Notes: generated from the sequence alone by a model not told the origin. 64,000 nt of DNA from Microbacteriaceae bacterium (GCA_047605685.1 JASGFF010000001.1:26940-90939), one strand, 5' to 3'. Numbered from the stretch's first letter, positions 1-9,179 are shown. Numbers and translations are program-made.

Positions 1-526
1 CGGACACCTCGAGACCGGCGACGCGCGCCCGGGAGACCAGGGTGCGCAGGTGCCGGGGCGATGTGCGGCCGGCGAGGCTGTGACCGGTCAGGTGCAGAGC
101 GGCGGCGCCGCCGAGGAGCGCGTCGGTGACGGCATCCGGGTCGAGGTCGGCGTTCGCGCCCCGTTCGGTGAGCATCGAGCGCTGCTCGCCGTCGACGATG
201 ACGACGATCGTGCCGGTCGGCAGGGTCGGATGCGCGGCGAGGTGCGCCCGCACACCGTAGCGGGCCAGCAGCGCGCCGTGACGGGGGATGTCCTCGGCGC
301 CGACGACACCGACGAAGTCGACGGACGCCCCCGCCGCGCCCAGCCAGGCGGCGGTGTTCGCCGCCGAGCCGCCGGGCAGGAAGCGGATCGTCGACACGGT
401 GTCGGTGTCGGGTCGGATGGGGGCCGCCGGCACGACCACGACGTCGTCGATGACGTCGCCGAACACGACGAGGCGCGGCTCCGAGGCCGCAGCGGTGCCC
501 TCGGGCGTCCCGCCGGATTCGGGCAT
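1..526 (-). CDS. PfkB-family carbohydrate kinase, pseudouridine-kinase-like (partial; C-terminus lies beyond the window edge)
   Basis: Not in the ORF track because it runs off the edge. My translation from the ATG (complement of 524-526) reads MPESGGTPEGTAAASEPRLVVFGDVIDDVVVVP..IRFLPGGSAANTAAWLG.. and shows the PfkB N-terminal GG/AN motif. It lies directly downstream of psuG. Confidence 0.7.
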   Translation of the reverse strand, partial: MPESGGTPEGTAAASEPRLVVFGDVIDDVVVVPAAPIRPDTDTVSTIRFLPGGSAANTAAWLGAAGASVDFVGVVGAEDIPRHGALLARYGVRAHLAAHPTLPTGTIVVIVDGEQRSMLTERGANADLDPDAVTDALLGGAAALHLTGHSLAGRTSPRHLRTLVSRARVAGLEVS

Positions 527-557
527 CCCGCCCGCTTCAGGCATCCCGCCCGCTCCA
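522..557. repeat. 18-bp tandem duplication (2 copies, 17/18 identical) spanning the psuG stop and the kinase start
   Basis: ggcatcccgcccgcttca / ggcatcccgcccgctcca read directly. Copy 1 carries the kinase ATG and the psuG stop; copy 2 encodes the psuG C-terminus. Confidence 0.8.
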
Positions 558-1466
558 GGCGACGGCGATGCGACCGGCGAGCGCGACGTTGTTGCGGGCG
601 AGGGCGAGGTTGACCTCGAGGCTGCGGCCGCCGGAGAGCTCGACGATCTTCAGCAGCAGGAACGGGGTGACGGCCTTGCCGGTGACACCGGCCTGCTCGG
701 CGAGCGCGAACGCCTCCGCGAGCACCCGGTCGTGCTCCTGCCGGTCCCAGGCCTGCTCGGCGGGCACCGGGTTGGCCACGAGGATGCCCTGGCCGTGGCC
801 GAGCTCGTCCTGCGCGCGCATGATCGCGGCGATCTCCTCGGGCGTCTCGACTGCCCAGTCCAGGGCGAGACCGCTCTCGCGCAGCCAGAAGCTCGGGAAG
901 TCGCGGGTGCCGAAGCCGATCACCGGCACGCTGAGGGTCTCCAGCCGCTCCAGCGTCGCGGCGATGTCGAGCACACTCTTGACCCCCGCGCTCACGACGG
1001 TGATCGGCGTGAGCGCGAGGGTGGCCAGGTCGGCGGACTCGTCGAACGTCGCCGCGCTGCCGGGGGCGCCGGCGGCGCCGCGGTGCACACCGCCGAGGCC
1101 ACCGGTGGCGAACACCCGGATGCCGGCAAGCGCGGCCAGGTGGGATGTCGCCGCGACGGTGGTGGCCGCGCTGCCGCCCGCGGCCGCGATGATCGGCAGG
1201 TCGCGCACGCTCGCCTTCGCGAGCTCCTCCTCGGAGATGCGGCGCACGCCCTCGGCGTCGAGGCCGATGCGCGGCACGCCGTCGAGCACCGCGATCGTCG
1301 CCGGGGTCACGCCCTGCTCGCGCAGGATCCCCTCGAACTCGAGCGCAGCCTCCCGGTTGCGCGGCCGGGGCAGGCCGTGCGAGATGATCGTGGACTCGAG
1401 GGCGACGACCGGGCGGCCGTCCGCGAGCGCGGCGGCGACCTCGTCGGAGAGCTGGAATGCGGGCAT
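537..1466 (-). CDS. psuG: pseudouridine-5'-phosphate glycosidase
   Basis: ORF 537..1511. Family-typical sequence MPAFQLSDEV..ALESTIISHGLP..GGLGGVHRG. Start moved to the internal ATG at 1466, where the conserved N-terminus begins. Confidence 0.9.
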   Translation of the reverse strand: MPAFQLSDEVAAALADGRPVVALESTIISHGLPRPRNREAALEFEGILREQGVTPATIAVLDGVPRIGLDAEGVRRISEEELAKASVRDLPIIAAAGGSAATTVAATSHLAALAGIRVFATGGLGGVHRGAAGAPGSAATFDESADLATLALTPITVVSAGVKSVLDIAATLERLETLSVPVIGFGTRDFPSFWLRESGLALDWAVETPEEIAAIMRAQDELGHGQGILVANPVPAEQAWDRQEHDRVLAEAFALAEQAGVTGKAVTPFLLLKIVELSGGRSLEVNLALARNNVALAGRIAVAWSGRDA

Positions 1467-1559
1467 CCGCTCAAGGCTAGTGTCACGCGCGGCTCGGCGC
1501 GGCCGGGGCATCCCCGCGGGCGCTCGAGGAACGCGGGGCCGAGGAGCCGCCCTCCCCGG

Positions 1560-2750
1560 TCACAGCGGTGATGCGACGGCTGCCGGATCACCGATCCGGC
1601 GACGCTGCCGGCCGAAGGAGCGCGCGTCCCCGACCGCGATCACGCCGACGATCACCCCGTCGGCCGCGACCGCCGCGCAACCGGACGGCGCCTCGGCCGT
1701 CCAGGTCTCCGGCGCCTCCAGCGAACCGCCGGCGACCGGGACCAGCGTGCCCCCGAGCACATCCCCGGCCAGCTGGACCCGAACGCCGAGATGGTCCGAC
1801 CACACATAGGGCGGCGGTTCCGGGGCCGCGCCCGCCTCGCCGAGGAGCGTCATCGCGAGCCGCTGCGCCCGCAGGCTCGCCTGATCCCAGTGGCCGCCGT
1901 GCTGCTCCTCGCCCCAGCGCGCGCAGTCACCGACCGCGAACACCCCCGGCACGTCCGTCCGGCCGACGGTGTCGCAGGCGATGCGCCCGTCGGAGCGCAG
2001 CCGGACGCCGCCGCCGCGCAACCAGCCCGTCCGCGGCCGGCCGCCGAGGGCGAGCAGTACCCCGTCGGCGGTCACCGGGCCGGTGCCCGTCTCGACGACC
2101 AGTCCGGCGTGCTCCCGGCGCAGACCGTGCGCCCTCCCCCGGTGGAGCCGGATGCCGCGATCCTCGTGGCGTGCCGCGGCGGCGCCCGCGACCCGATCCG
2201 GGAGCACCCCCGCCAGCGGCGCCGGACCGGAGTGGACGAGCGTCGTCCCGACCCCGGCCGCCGCCGCGGCGCCGGCGGCCTCGACCCCCACGAAGCCCCC
2301 GCCGAGCACCGCGAGCCGCCCCCCGCCGCCGATCGCCGCCCGCAGCCGGTCGGCATCGGCGAGGTCCCGCAGCGCGTGCACGTCCTCGTCGTCGGCGCAC
2401 TCCAGCGCCCAGTCCGGCACGACCGCGGCGGCGCCGGTGGCGAGCACCACCGCCTCGGCCTCGCGCGCGCGGCCGTCGACGCACTCGACCCGCCGCCGGG
2501 CGACGTCGAGCGCGGTGACCGCGGTGCCGAGCAGCAGCTCGACATCCGGCAGCGGCTCGTAGCCGATCTCCTCGAGGGAGAGCGCGCCGAGGAGGTAGCC
2601 CTTCGACAGCGCCGGCCGGTCGTACGGCGGATTCGTCTCCGCCTCGAGGACGGTCACCCGGCCCCGGTAACCGGACCGGCGCAGCGTCGCGGCGAGGGTG
2701 TGCCCGGCCAGCCCGCCGCCGACGACGAGGATCGACGCCGGGACGCTCAC
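1560..2750 (-). CDS. FAD/NAD(P)-dependent ferredoxin reductase (glutathione-reductase-type, Rieske-oxygenase electron transfer component)
   Basis: C-terminal 396 codons of ORF 1560..3161. ILVVGGGLAGH dinucleotide fold, second LAVLGGGFVGVE fold, VFAVGDCA motif. GTG start at 2750 overlaps the upstream stop (GTGA). Confidence 0.85.
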   Translation of the reverse strand: MSVPASILVVGGGLAGHTLAATLRRSGYRGRVTVLEAETNPPYDRPALSKGYLLGALSLEEIGYEPLPDVELLLGTAVTALDVARRRVECVDGRAREAEAVVLATGAAAVVPDWALECADDEDVHALRDLADADRLRAAIGGGGRLAVLGGGFVGVEAAGAAAAAGVGTTLVHSGPAPLAGVLPDRVAGAAAARHEDRGIRLHRGRAHGLRREHAGLVVETGTGPVTADGVLLALGGRPRTGWLRGGGVRLRSDGRIACDTVGRTDVPGVFAVGDCARWGEEQHGGHWDQASLRAQRLAMTLLGEAGAAPEPPPYVWSDHLGVRVQLAGDVLGGTLVPVAGGSLEAPETWTAEAPSGCAAVAADGVIVGVIAVGDARSFGRQRRRIGDPAAVASPL

Positions 2751-3088
2751 TCGGCCGCCCGGAGCGCCACGACGTGCACCTCGCCGTCGACGATGCGGGT
2801 GGGGAACACCCGCACCGGCTGCACCGCCGGCGGGTTCGAGGGCGCCCCCGTCCGCAGGTCGAACAGCGAGGCGTGGATCGGGCACTCGACGGCGCACAGC
2901 TCCGGCTCGAGGAAGCCCTCGGAGAGCCAGGCGCGCTGGTGCGAGCAGCGATCCTCGATCGCGAAGTACTCGTCGCCGACCCGGAACACCGCCACCCTGC
3001 CCACATCGGCGAGCTTGACGACGACCGAGGTGTCGTCGTCGAGCTCGCCCGCAGCACAGGCCCGCACCAGGTTCGGACCCACGCTCAC
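2747..3088 (-). CDS. Rieske [2Fe-2S] ferredoxin
   Basis: C-terminal 113 codons of ORF 2747..3613. CSHQ..CPIH Rieske ligand pattern. GTG start overlaps the oxygenase stop. Confidence 0.8.
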   Translation of the reverse strand: MSVGPNLVRACAAGELDDDTSVVVKLADVGRVAVFRVGDEYFAIEDRCSHQRAWLSEGFLEPELCAVECPIHASLFDLRTGAPSNPPAVQPVRVFPTRIVDGEVHVVALRAAE

Positions 3089-4251
3089 ATCCCCATCGAC
3101 TGCCGATACCACGCGTGGTAGTAGTCGCCGATGATCTCCTTCTCGCCCGGGACCAGCGCACCGCCCTGGCGGTACGCCCGCGAGCCCATGTTCGGCTGGC
3201 ACCACTCCGAGGCCTGGAAGTCCTGCAGGTTCACCCGGTGGAACAGGCCCACGGTGTCGCTGCAGTCGAAGTCCGGGCTCGCCGCCGCCTCCGGGTCGAA
3301 GAGCCACTCGCAGACGACCCTCGTCTCGTCCACCGACACCGGGATGAAGCGGTGCATGATGACGTGGTCCGGCAGCAGGGAGAGGAACGCGTTCGGCCGC
3401 AGCACCATCCCGAAGTATCGCCGCTCCTCCTCGCCGGTGATGCCGGGAAGCGTCGGCAGCGTCGCGGTCCCGCTCAGCGAGAACGCCTCCTTCGCCATCG
3501 CGAAGGGGTAGCCGTCCCGGTTGTAGCCCTCGTGCGAGAGCAGCTGCTCGAAGTCCACGAAGCTCGGGATCTGCTCGACGAGCTCCGGGTGGATGCTCTC
3601 GCAGTGGTAGCACTCCTGGAAGTTCTCCTGGATGATCTTCCAGTTCGCCCCGACCGTGTACTCCCGCCGGTCCCCGACGGCGAGGTCGGCGATGCGATAC
3701 CGGTCGAGACGGTCCACCCTGCCGCCGAGCCGGAACTCCAGCTGCGGGGCGAGGTGCTCCTCGAGCGGGCCGGCGTCCCCGGAGACGTTCACCCAGATCA
3801 TCCCCTGCCAGGTGTCGAGCCGCACCGGCACCAGGCCGTAGAAGTCACGGTCCAGGTCGCCGGCGAGCTCCTCCCAGTTCGGGGCGACGATGAGGCTGCC
3901 GTCGAGGCGGTAGGCCCAGGCGTGGTACGGGCAGCGGATCGCGTTGCCGACGTTCGCCCGGTCGCTGTGACAGAGGACGGCGCCGCGGTGGCGGCACACG
4001 TTCAGGAAGGCGTGCAGCTCGCCGCCGCGGTCCCGCACCACGATCACGTTCTCCCGGCCGACATCCACCCTCAGGACATCGCCGCGGGCGGGCAGGTCGG
4101 CGGTGCGCCCGACGAAGAACCACTGGTTCTCGAAGATCGCCTCCATCTCCCTGGTGAGGACTGCCGGGTCCGTGTAGCACTCCCCCGGCAGGGTGGGTGC
4201 GAGTCGACCGGCGATGCGCGGTGCCGTCGCCGGCCCGTTGAGGTTGGTCAT
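3085..4251 (-). CDS. Rieske non-heme iron oxygenase, alpha subunit (glycine-betaine/quaternary-amine monooxygenase-like)
   Basis: ORF 388 aa. CRHRG..CPYHAW Rieske motif and a catalytic-domain ENFQECYHC..H segment. Sits next to a betaine-type ABC importer. Confidence 0.85.
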   Translation of the reverse strand: MTNLNGPATAPRIAGRLAPTLPGECYTDPAVLTREMEAIFENQWFFVGRTADLPARGDVLRVDVGRENVIVVRDRGGELHAFLNVCRHRGAVLCHSDRANVGNAIRCPYHAWAYRLDGSLIVAPNWEELAGDLDRDFYGLVPVRLDTWQGMIWVNVSGDAGPLEEHLAPQLEFRLGGRVDRLDRYRIADLAVGDRREYTVGANWKIIQENFQECYHCESIHPELVEQIPSFVDFEQLLSHEGYNRDGYPFAMAKEAFSLSGTATLPTLPGITGEEERRYFGMVLRPNAFLSLLPDHVIMHRFIPVSVDETRVVCEWLFDPEAAASPDFDCSDTVGLFHRVNLQDFQASEWCQPNMGSRAYRQGGALVPGEKEIIGDYYHAWYRQSMGM

Positions 4252-4333
4252 GATGTCTCCTGAATCTCTGGATGCTGCGTCTGGGGATACCGCTTCGGCG
4301 GATGCGCGCCGGGCCGCTCGCGCGGAGCCGGCA

Positions 4334-5284
4334 TCAGTCGAGGAACCCCTGGTCGGTGAGCCAGTCCGTGGCGACGTCGGCGGGGTCCTCGCCCTCCACG
4401 TCGACGAGCTCGTTCAGCCCCTGCAGCGTCTCGTCGTCGAGCAGAGCGGCCACCGGGTCGAGCAGGGTGGCGATCTGGTCGGAGTACTCGCTGGTCGTGC
4501 TGACGGCGGGGTTGTACGGCGGGAAGAAGCCGAGGTCGTCCGTGAGCACCGTGATGTTGAGCGCGTCGATCGCCCCGTACAGCACCGAGTAGACGTCGCC
4601 GGCGAAGCAGTCGCCGGTGCCCGCGTACGCCGCGTAGAGGAACCCGCCCTCGACGCTCGTGACGCCGCTGTCCGGGATGTCCAGACCGTAGGCCTCGGTG
4701 AGGCCCACGTAGCCGTCGTCACGGCTGATGAACTCCGAGTCCCCGCAGAACGTGGCCAGCGAGGGGTCGGAGGCGAGCAGCGTCGCGAGGTCCGAGATGC
4801 TCTCCAGGCCGTACTCCTCGGCGTCGGAAGTGAGCACGGCGATGCCGTAGGTGCTGTTCGCCGGCGCCATCGAGGTCCAGGTGATCCCGTTGCCCGCATC
4901 GGCCTCGGCGACGGCGTCAAAGAGCTCGTCCGGGTCGCTGATCGACTCGGTCTCGCCCAGGTAATCGACCCAGGCGGTGCCGGTGTACTCCCAGTAGAGG
5001 TCGATGTCCCCGTCCTCGAGCGCCGAGCGGACGGTCGCGGAGCCGGACAGGCCGGTCTGGTCGGTGACATCCGCGCCGGCGTTCCCGAGGACGGCGATGG
5101 CGATCTGGCCCAGGATCAGGCTCTCGGAGTAGTCCTTCGACCCGACCGTGAGGCTCACCCCCTCCAGGCTGGAGTCGGTGCTGCTGGTGTCGGAGGTCTC
5201 GGATCCGGAGGTGCAGGCCGTGGAAGCCCCCGCGATGGCGACAGCGATCGCTGCGGCAGCGGTTCTGATGAGTACGCGATGCAT
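4334..5284 (-). CDS. glycine betaine/osmoprotectant ABC transporter substrate-binding lipoprotein (OpuC/ProX-like)
   Basis: ORF 316 aa. Signal peptide with a lipobox-like AGASTAC. Conserved DLYWEYTGTAW and FFPPYNPA segments typical of the family. Confidence 0.85.
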   Translation of the reverse strand: MHRVLIRTAAAAIAVAIAGASTACTSGSETSDTSSTDSSLEGVSLTVGSKDYSESLILGQIAIAVLGNAGADVTDQTGLSGSATVRSALEDGDIDLYWEYTGTAWVDYLGETESISDPDELFDAVAEADAGNGITWTSMAPANSTYGIAVLTSDAEEYGLESISDLATLLASDPSLATFCGDSEFISRDDGYVGLTEAYGLDIPDSGVTSVEGGFLYAAYAGTGDCFAGDVYSVLYGAIDALNITVLTDDLGFFPPYNPAVSTTSEYSDQIATLLDPVAALLDDETLQGLNELVDVEGEDPADVATDWLTDQGFLD

Positions 5285-5289
5285 GGCGG

Positions 5290-6156
5290 TTACCTTTCGG
5301 TGCGTCGGAGTGATTCAGGGCGTCGGGGTGATTCGGTGCGTCGGGGTGATTCGGTGCGTCGGGGTGATCGGTGCGGTCGGGTCGGGGGGCGACGGCGAGG
5401 CAGCGCGACGAGCGCGCACAGCCAGTCGAAGAGGAAGGCGAGGACGCACACGAGCACGCAGCCGGTGACCGTGATGCTGGCCCGCTGGAGCTTGAGGCCG
5501 GTGATGATGAGCTCGCCCAGGCCGCCGGCGCCGATCAGCGAGGCGACGGTGGCGCCGCTGATCACGAACAGGCCGGTCGTCCTCACCCCGGCCCAGACCA
5601 TCGGCATCGCCAGCGGCAGCTCCACGCGCAGCAGCACCTGGACCGGTCGCATGCCGACGGCGCGCGCCGACTCGACCACGAGCGGATCCACGCCCGTGAG
5701 GCCGACGACGGTGTTCATCAGCAGCGGCAGCAGCGCGGAGACCACGATCGCGACCACGGCCGTCCGGAAGCCGAGGCCGAGCGTGAGGGCCAGCAGCGCG
5801 ATCACGCCGGCGGCCGGCAGCGCCTGCCCGATGTTGCACACCGCGAGCACGAGAGGGGACAGCGGACGGGTGAACGGGCGGGTGAGCAGGATGCCGAGCA
5901 CGATCGCCACGGCGCAGACCACGACGAGCGGCACGAGCGAGAGCACCAGGTGCTCGACGACCATCCGCCCCAGCTCCGCCGGGGCCAGCTCGCGCTCCTC
6001 GATCGAGTCCTTCTCGAGGGCCCCGAGAACGACGAGCAGCACGACGACCGCGACCGCGAGCACGAGCGGCACCACGGTGAGCCGCAGCGCCGTCGCGGAC
6101 GGACGACGCCGCGCCCCCCTCCGCGGCACCGCGCCCCGGGCCGTGACCGCCGTCAT
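5290..6156 (-). CDS. osmoprotectant ABC transporter permease
   Basis: C-terminal 288 codons of ORF 5290..6936, from MTAVTARG.. Multiple TM helices. ATGA overlap with the ATPase stop. The long upstream extension of the ORF is Arg/Gly-rich junk. Confidence 0.85.
   Translation of the reverse strand: MTAVTARGAVPRRGARRRPSATALRLTVVPLVLAVAVVVLLVVLGALEKDSIEERELAPAELGRMVVEHLVLSLVPLVVVCAVAIVLGILLTRPFTRPLSPLVLAVCNIGQALPAAGVIALLALTLGLGFRTAVVAIVVSALLPLLMNTVVGLTGVDPLVVESARAVGMRPVQVLLRVELPLAMPMVWAGVRTTGLFVISGATVASLIGAGGLGELIITGLKLQRASITVTGCVLVCVLAFLFDWLCALVALPRRRPPTRPHRSPRRTESPRRTESPRRPESLRRTER
5297..5387. repeat. 18-bp tandem repeat, about 4.5 copies (unit tcggtgcgtcggggtgat)
   Basis: Read directly. In frame with the permease 3' end, encoding reiterated PRRTES-like hexapeptides just before the stop and just upstream of the SBP start. 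Confidence 0.85.
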
Positions 6157-7193
6157 ACCGCGACCGCCGTGTCCCCGGCCGACCGCTGCGAGCCGGCCGA
6201 CCGCTGCGAGCCGACGGCCAGGTGCGAGCCGATCACCGCGATGTCGACCCAGCCGACCGCCGTGCCGGCGTCGTCGACGACGGCCAGCCCCGGCTCGGCG
6301 GAGACGAGAAGCCGGTCGAGCGCCTCGTAGAGCGTCGCCCGCTCCGACACCGCCGACCCGCCGCGCGCGACGACCGGGACGGGGCCGAGCCCGACCTCCG
6401 AGAGCCGCACCGTGCGCAGCAGGGTGACGCCGGGTGCCTCGCCGAAGAACTCGGCGACCGTCTCGCTCGCCGGGGCCCGGAGCAGCTCGGCCGGGCTCGC
6501 GAACTGCTCGATCCGGCATCCGGGCCCGAGCACCGCGATCCGGTCTGCCATCCTGAGCGCCTCGACCGGATCGTGCGTGACGAGCAGCACCGTCTTGCCC
6601 AGCGCCTGCTGCAGCTGCCGGAACTCCTCCTGCAGCCGGGCGCGGACGACCGGATCGGTGGCACCGAACGGCTCGTCCATGAGCATCACCCCGGGGTCGG
6701 CGGCGAGCGCCCTGGCCACCCCCACCCGCTGCTGCTGCCCGCCGGAGAGCTCCGCCGGGTAGCGGTCGGCGTACTGTCCGGCCTCCAGGCCGACCAGGTG
6801 CAGCATCTCCTCGACCCGTGCCGCGATCCGTGCCGCCGGCCACCGCAGCAGCTTCGGCACCATGGCGACGTTCTGCCGCACCGTCATGTGGGGGAAGAGC
6901 CCGGAGTGCTGGATGACATAGCCGATGCCCCGGCACAGCTCGTGTCGGCGCAGCGTCGCGACGTCGTGCCCGCCGACGAGCACCCGGCCCGCGGTCGGGT
7001 CGATCAGCCGGTTCACCATCTTCATCGTCGTCGTCTTGCCGCAGCCGCTCGCGCCGAGGAAGACGACGAGCTCACCGGCATCGACCGTCATGGTGAACCC
7101 GTCGACCGCGGCGACCTCCTGCCCGCGGTACCGCTTGACGACCCGCTCGAACTCGATGGCGACGCCCGCCCCCGTTCCCGCTTCACCCGGCAT
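6153..7193 (-). CDS. osmoprotectant ABC transporter ATP-binding protein with C-terminal CBS-like region
   Basis: Walker A GASGCGKTT, signature LSGGQQQRV, Walker B LMDEPF. Contains an 18-bp x2 in-frame repeat (GSQRSA x2) at 6177-6212. Confidence 0.9.
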   Translation of the reverse strand: MPGEAGTGAGVAIEFERVVKRYRGQEVAAVDGFTMTVDAGELVVFLGASGCGKTTTMKMVNRLIDPTAGRVLVGGHDVATLRRHELCRGIGYVIQHSGLFPHMTVRQNVAMVPKLLRWPAARIAARVEEMLHLVGLEAGQYADRYPAELSGGQQQRVGVARALAADPGVMLMDEPFGATDPVVRARLQEEFRQLQQALGKTVLLVTHDPVEALRMADRIAVLGPGCRIEQFASPAELLRAPASETVAEFFGEAPGVTLLRTVRLSEVGLGPVPVVARGGSAVSERATLYEALDRLLVSAEPGLAVVDDAGTAVGWVDIAVIGSHLAVGSQRSAGSQRSAGDTAVAV

Positions 7194-7839
7194 TGGCCCT
7201 CAGTCCCTTCGAGACGGTCGCGCGACGCAGCAGCACGAAGCCCGCGTCGAGGATCAGGGCGACGACGGCGATGAGCAGCGTCGCGGCGAGGGCGTCGTTC
7301 AGCGCGTTCACCGAGCCGATCCGGGTGAGCCCGTCGAAGATCCGGCTGCCGAGCCCCGGCCCGTTCACGAACGCGGCGAGCGCCGCGATGCCGACGCTCA
7401 GTTGCACCGCGACCCGGATGCCGGCGAGGATCATCGGCCAGGCGATCGGCAGCTCGATCCGGCGGAGCACGTCGAGGCGGCTCATCCCCATCGCCGCCGC
7501 GGCGTCGCGCTGAGCCTCGGGCACCTCGCGGAGCCCGACGATCGTGTTGCGCAGCACCGGGACGCCGCTGTAGCAGGCCAGCGCGGCGACCGAGGGCGCC
7601 CAGCCGAGCCCGAGCACCGGCATCAGCAGCCCGATGATCGCCAGGGACGGGATCGTGAAGATCACGGAGCCCAGCACCATCGCGATCCCGCCGGCGGTGT
7701 CCGAACGGGCGACCAGCACCCCGACGACGAACGCGATCAGCGCCCCGATGCCCACCCCGGCGAGCACGAGCAGCACATGACCGAGTGTCTCCTCGGCCAG
7801 ATCGTCCGCCCGCGACGCCAGATATGCCCAGAACCCCAT
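7183..7839 (-). CDS. osmoprotectant ABC transporter permease
   Basis: ORF 218 aa, polytopic, BPD-type permease segment. Overlaps the ATPase start. Confidence 0.85.
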   Translation of the reverse strand: MGFWAYLASRADDLAEETLGHVLLVLAGVGIGALIAFVVGVLVARSDTAGGIAMVLGSVIFTIPSLAIIGLLMPVLGLGWAPSVAALACYSGVPVLRNTIVGLREVPEAQRDAAAAMGMSRLDVLRRIELPIAWPMILAGIRVAVQLSVGIAALAAFVNGPGLGSRIFDGLTRIGSVNALNDALAATLLIAVVALILDAGFVLLRRATVSKGLRANAG

Positions 7840-7864
7840 GGTCGTCCCCGTCCGCGCCGTGCGA

Positions 7865-9085
7865 TCAGGCCTGCTGGGCGGCGCGGTCGCGCAGGTAGTC
7901 CTCCGCGTACTCGTACATGGTCCGCGGCCGGTAGCCCGGGTCGGCGATCTGCGGCCGGCGCATGCTGAACGGCTCGATCGGATGCACCGTCCCGCCGTCC
8001 ACGGCGAGGTCGGCCATCACCGAGCCCATCAGGCTGGCGAACTTGCCGGCGTGCCCGGCCCCGACGAACACGGAGATCCGGTCGATGCCCGGCAGCGTGT
8101 CGATGACGAAGTCGCGGTCCGGCGGCAGGTCGTAGATGCACGGCTTGGTGTACAGCTCGGGACCGAGCGCCCCGGGCAGGTAGCGCCCCATGAACGCCTC
8201 CAGCTCGTCGCGCAGCCCGGCGTCGGGCCGGAACGTCCGGGTCGCCTGGGTGACCTCGAGGTTCGTCACGTCGCGGCCGGCCTTGGTGGCGACCTCGCCG
8301 TACACCGGGAAGCCGTAGTACGTCGCGGCGGCGGAGTGGTAGATCCACACCGGGAACCGCTCGGGCGCGTACTCGGCGAGGTTCGGCGTGCGCCAGTAGG
8401 TGACCTGCTCGTGGGTCAGGCGCAACGGCAGCCGCACACCGAGCGGGTCGACGAGGTCGTTCGTCCAGGAGGCGACGCAGATGCTCACCTGCCCGGCGGT
8501 GAACACCCCCGCGCTCGTGACCACCTCGACCCCGGTGTCGGAGGGGTGCAGCGCCTCGACCCGGCACTCCTCCAGGAACTCCACGCCGCCCTTGCGGGCG
8601 AGCGTCGTGTGGACGGCGTGCGCCTTCGCGATGTCCAGGATCCCGGACTCGGCCTGGTAGATGGCCCGGGCGTCGTCGCCGACGTGCCACTGCGGGTAGC
8701 GGGCGCGCAGCTCATCCGCCTCCAGCACGTCGAAGGGGATGCCGGCCGTGCCGAGCGCGTCGGAGTAGACGAGCACCATGAAGTCCGCGGCCTCGCCGTC
8801 GGCGACGCTCAGACCGCCGGTGGTGGTGATGAGCGGCACGCCGCTCTCCGCCTCGACGTGCCGCCAGGCGGCGTAGGAGGCGCCGGTGAGCCGCGTGTAG
8901 GCGGTGGAGTGGTAGACGTGCCGGATGATCCTGGAGTGGTCCTGGCTCGCCCCGCGATCGTGCCCGAGCCGGTGCTGCTCGAGCACGAGCACCCTGCCGC
9001 TCGTGCGCCGACTCAGCCAGTAGGCGGTGGCGGTGCCGATGGCGCCGGCGCCGATCACGATGTGGTCGTAGTGTCCGATGGCCAT
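7865..9085 (-). CDS. monomeric sarcosine oxidase / N-methyl-L-amino-acid oxidase family flavoprotein
   Basis: ORF 7865..9160. YDHIVIGAGAIGTATAYWL FAD fold and an AGHAGKF segment. Start moved to the ATG at 9085 (MAIGHYDH). Confidence 0.85.
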   Translation of the reverse strand: MAIGHYDHIVIGAGAIGTATAYWLSRRTSGRVLVLEQHRLGHDRGASQDHSRIIRHVYHSTAYTRLTGASYAAWRHVEAESGVPLITTTGGLSVADGEAADFMVLVYSDALGTAGIPFDVLEADELRARYPQWHVGDDARAIYQAESGILDIAKAHAVHTTLARKGGVEFLEECRVEALHPSDTGVEVVTSAGVFTAGQVSICVASWTNDLVDPLGVRLPLRLTHEQVTYWRTPNLAEYAPERFPVWIYHSAAATYYGFPVYGEVATKAGRDVTNLEVTQATRTFRPDAGLRDELEAFMGRYLPGALGPELYTKPCIYDLPPDRDFVIDTLPGIDRISVFVGAGHAGKFASLMGSVMADLAVDGGTVHPIEPFSMRRPQIADPGYRPRTMYEYAEDYLRDRAAQQA

Positions 9086-9179
9086 CTGGGCTCCACACTC
9101 CGTTTCGGACTGTCGCGGTTCGTTGTCGACGAGGCTAGGGAGGCCCGCGGCGGCATCCATCCGTCACGGTGTCGCAATG

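Noticed and set aside
5297-5387. CRISPR array (also considered for the other short repeats at 35951, 46436, 55446, 59264)
   Set aside because: The repeats are directly tandem with no spacers, only 9-18 bp long, mostly in frame within genes, and no cas genes are present.
5290-6936. 548-aa version of the ABC permease
   Set aside because: The N-terminal 260 residues are Arg/Gly-rich and overlap the ATPase gene in another frame. The ATG at 6156 gives a normal-length permease with an ATGA junction.
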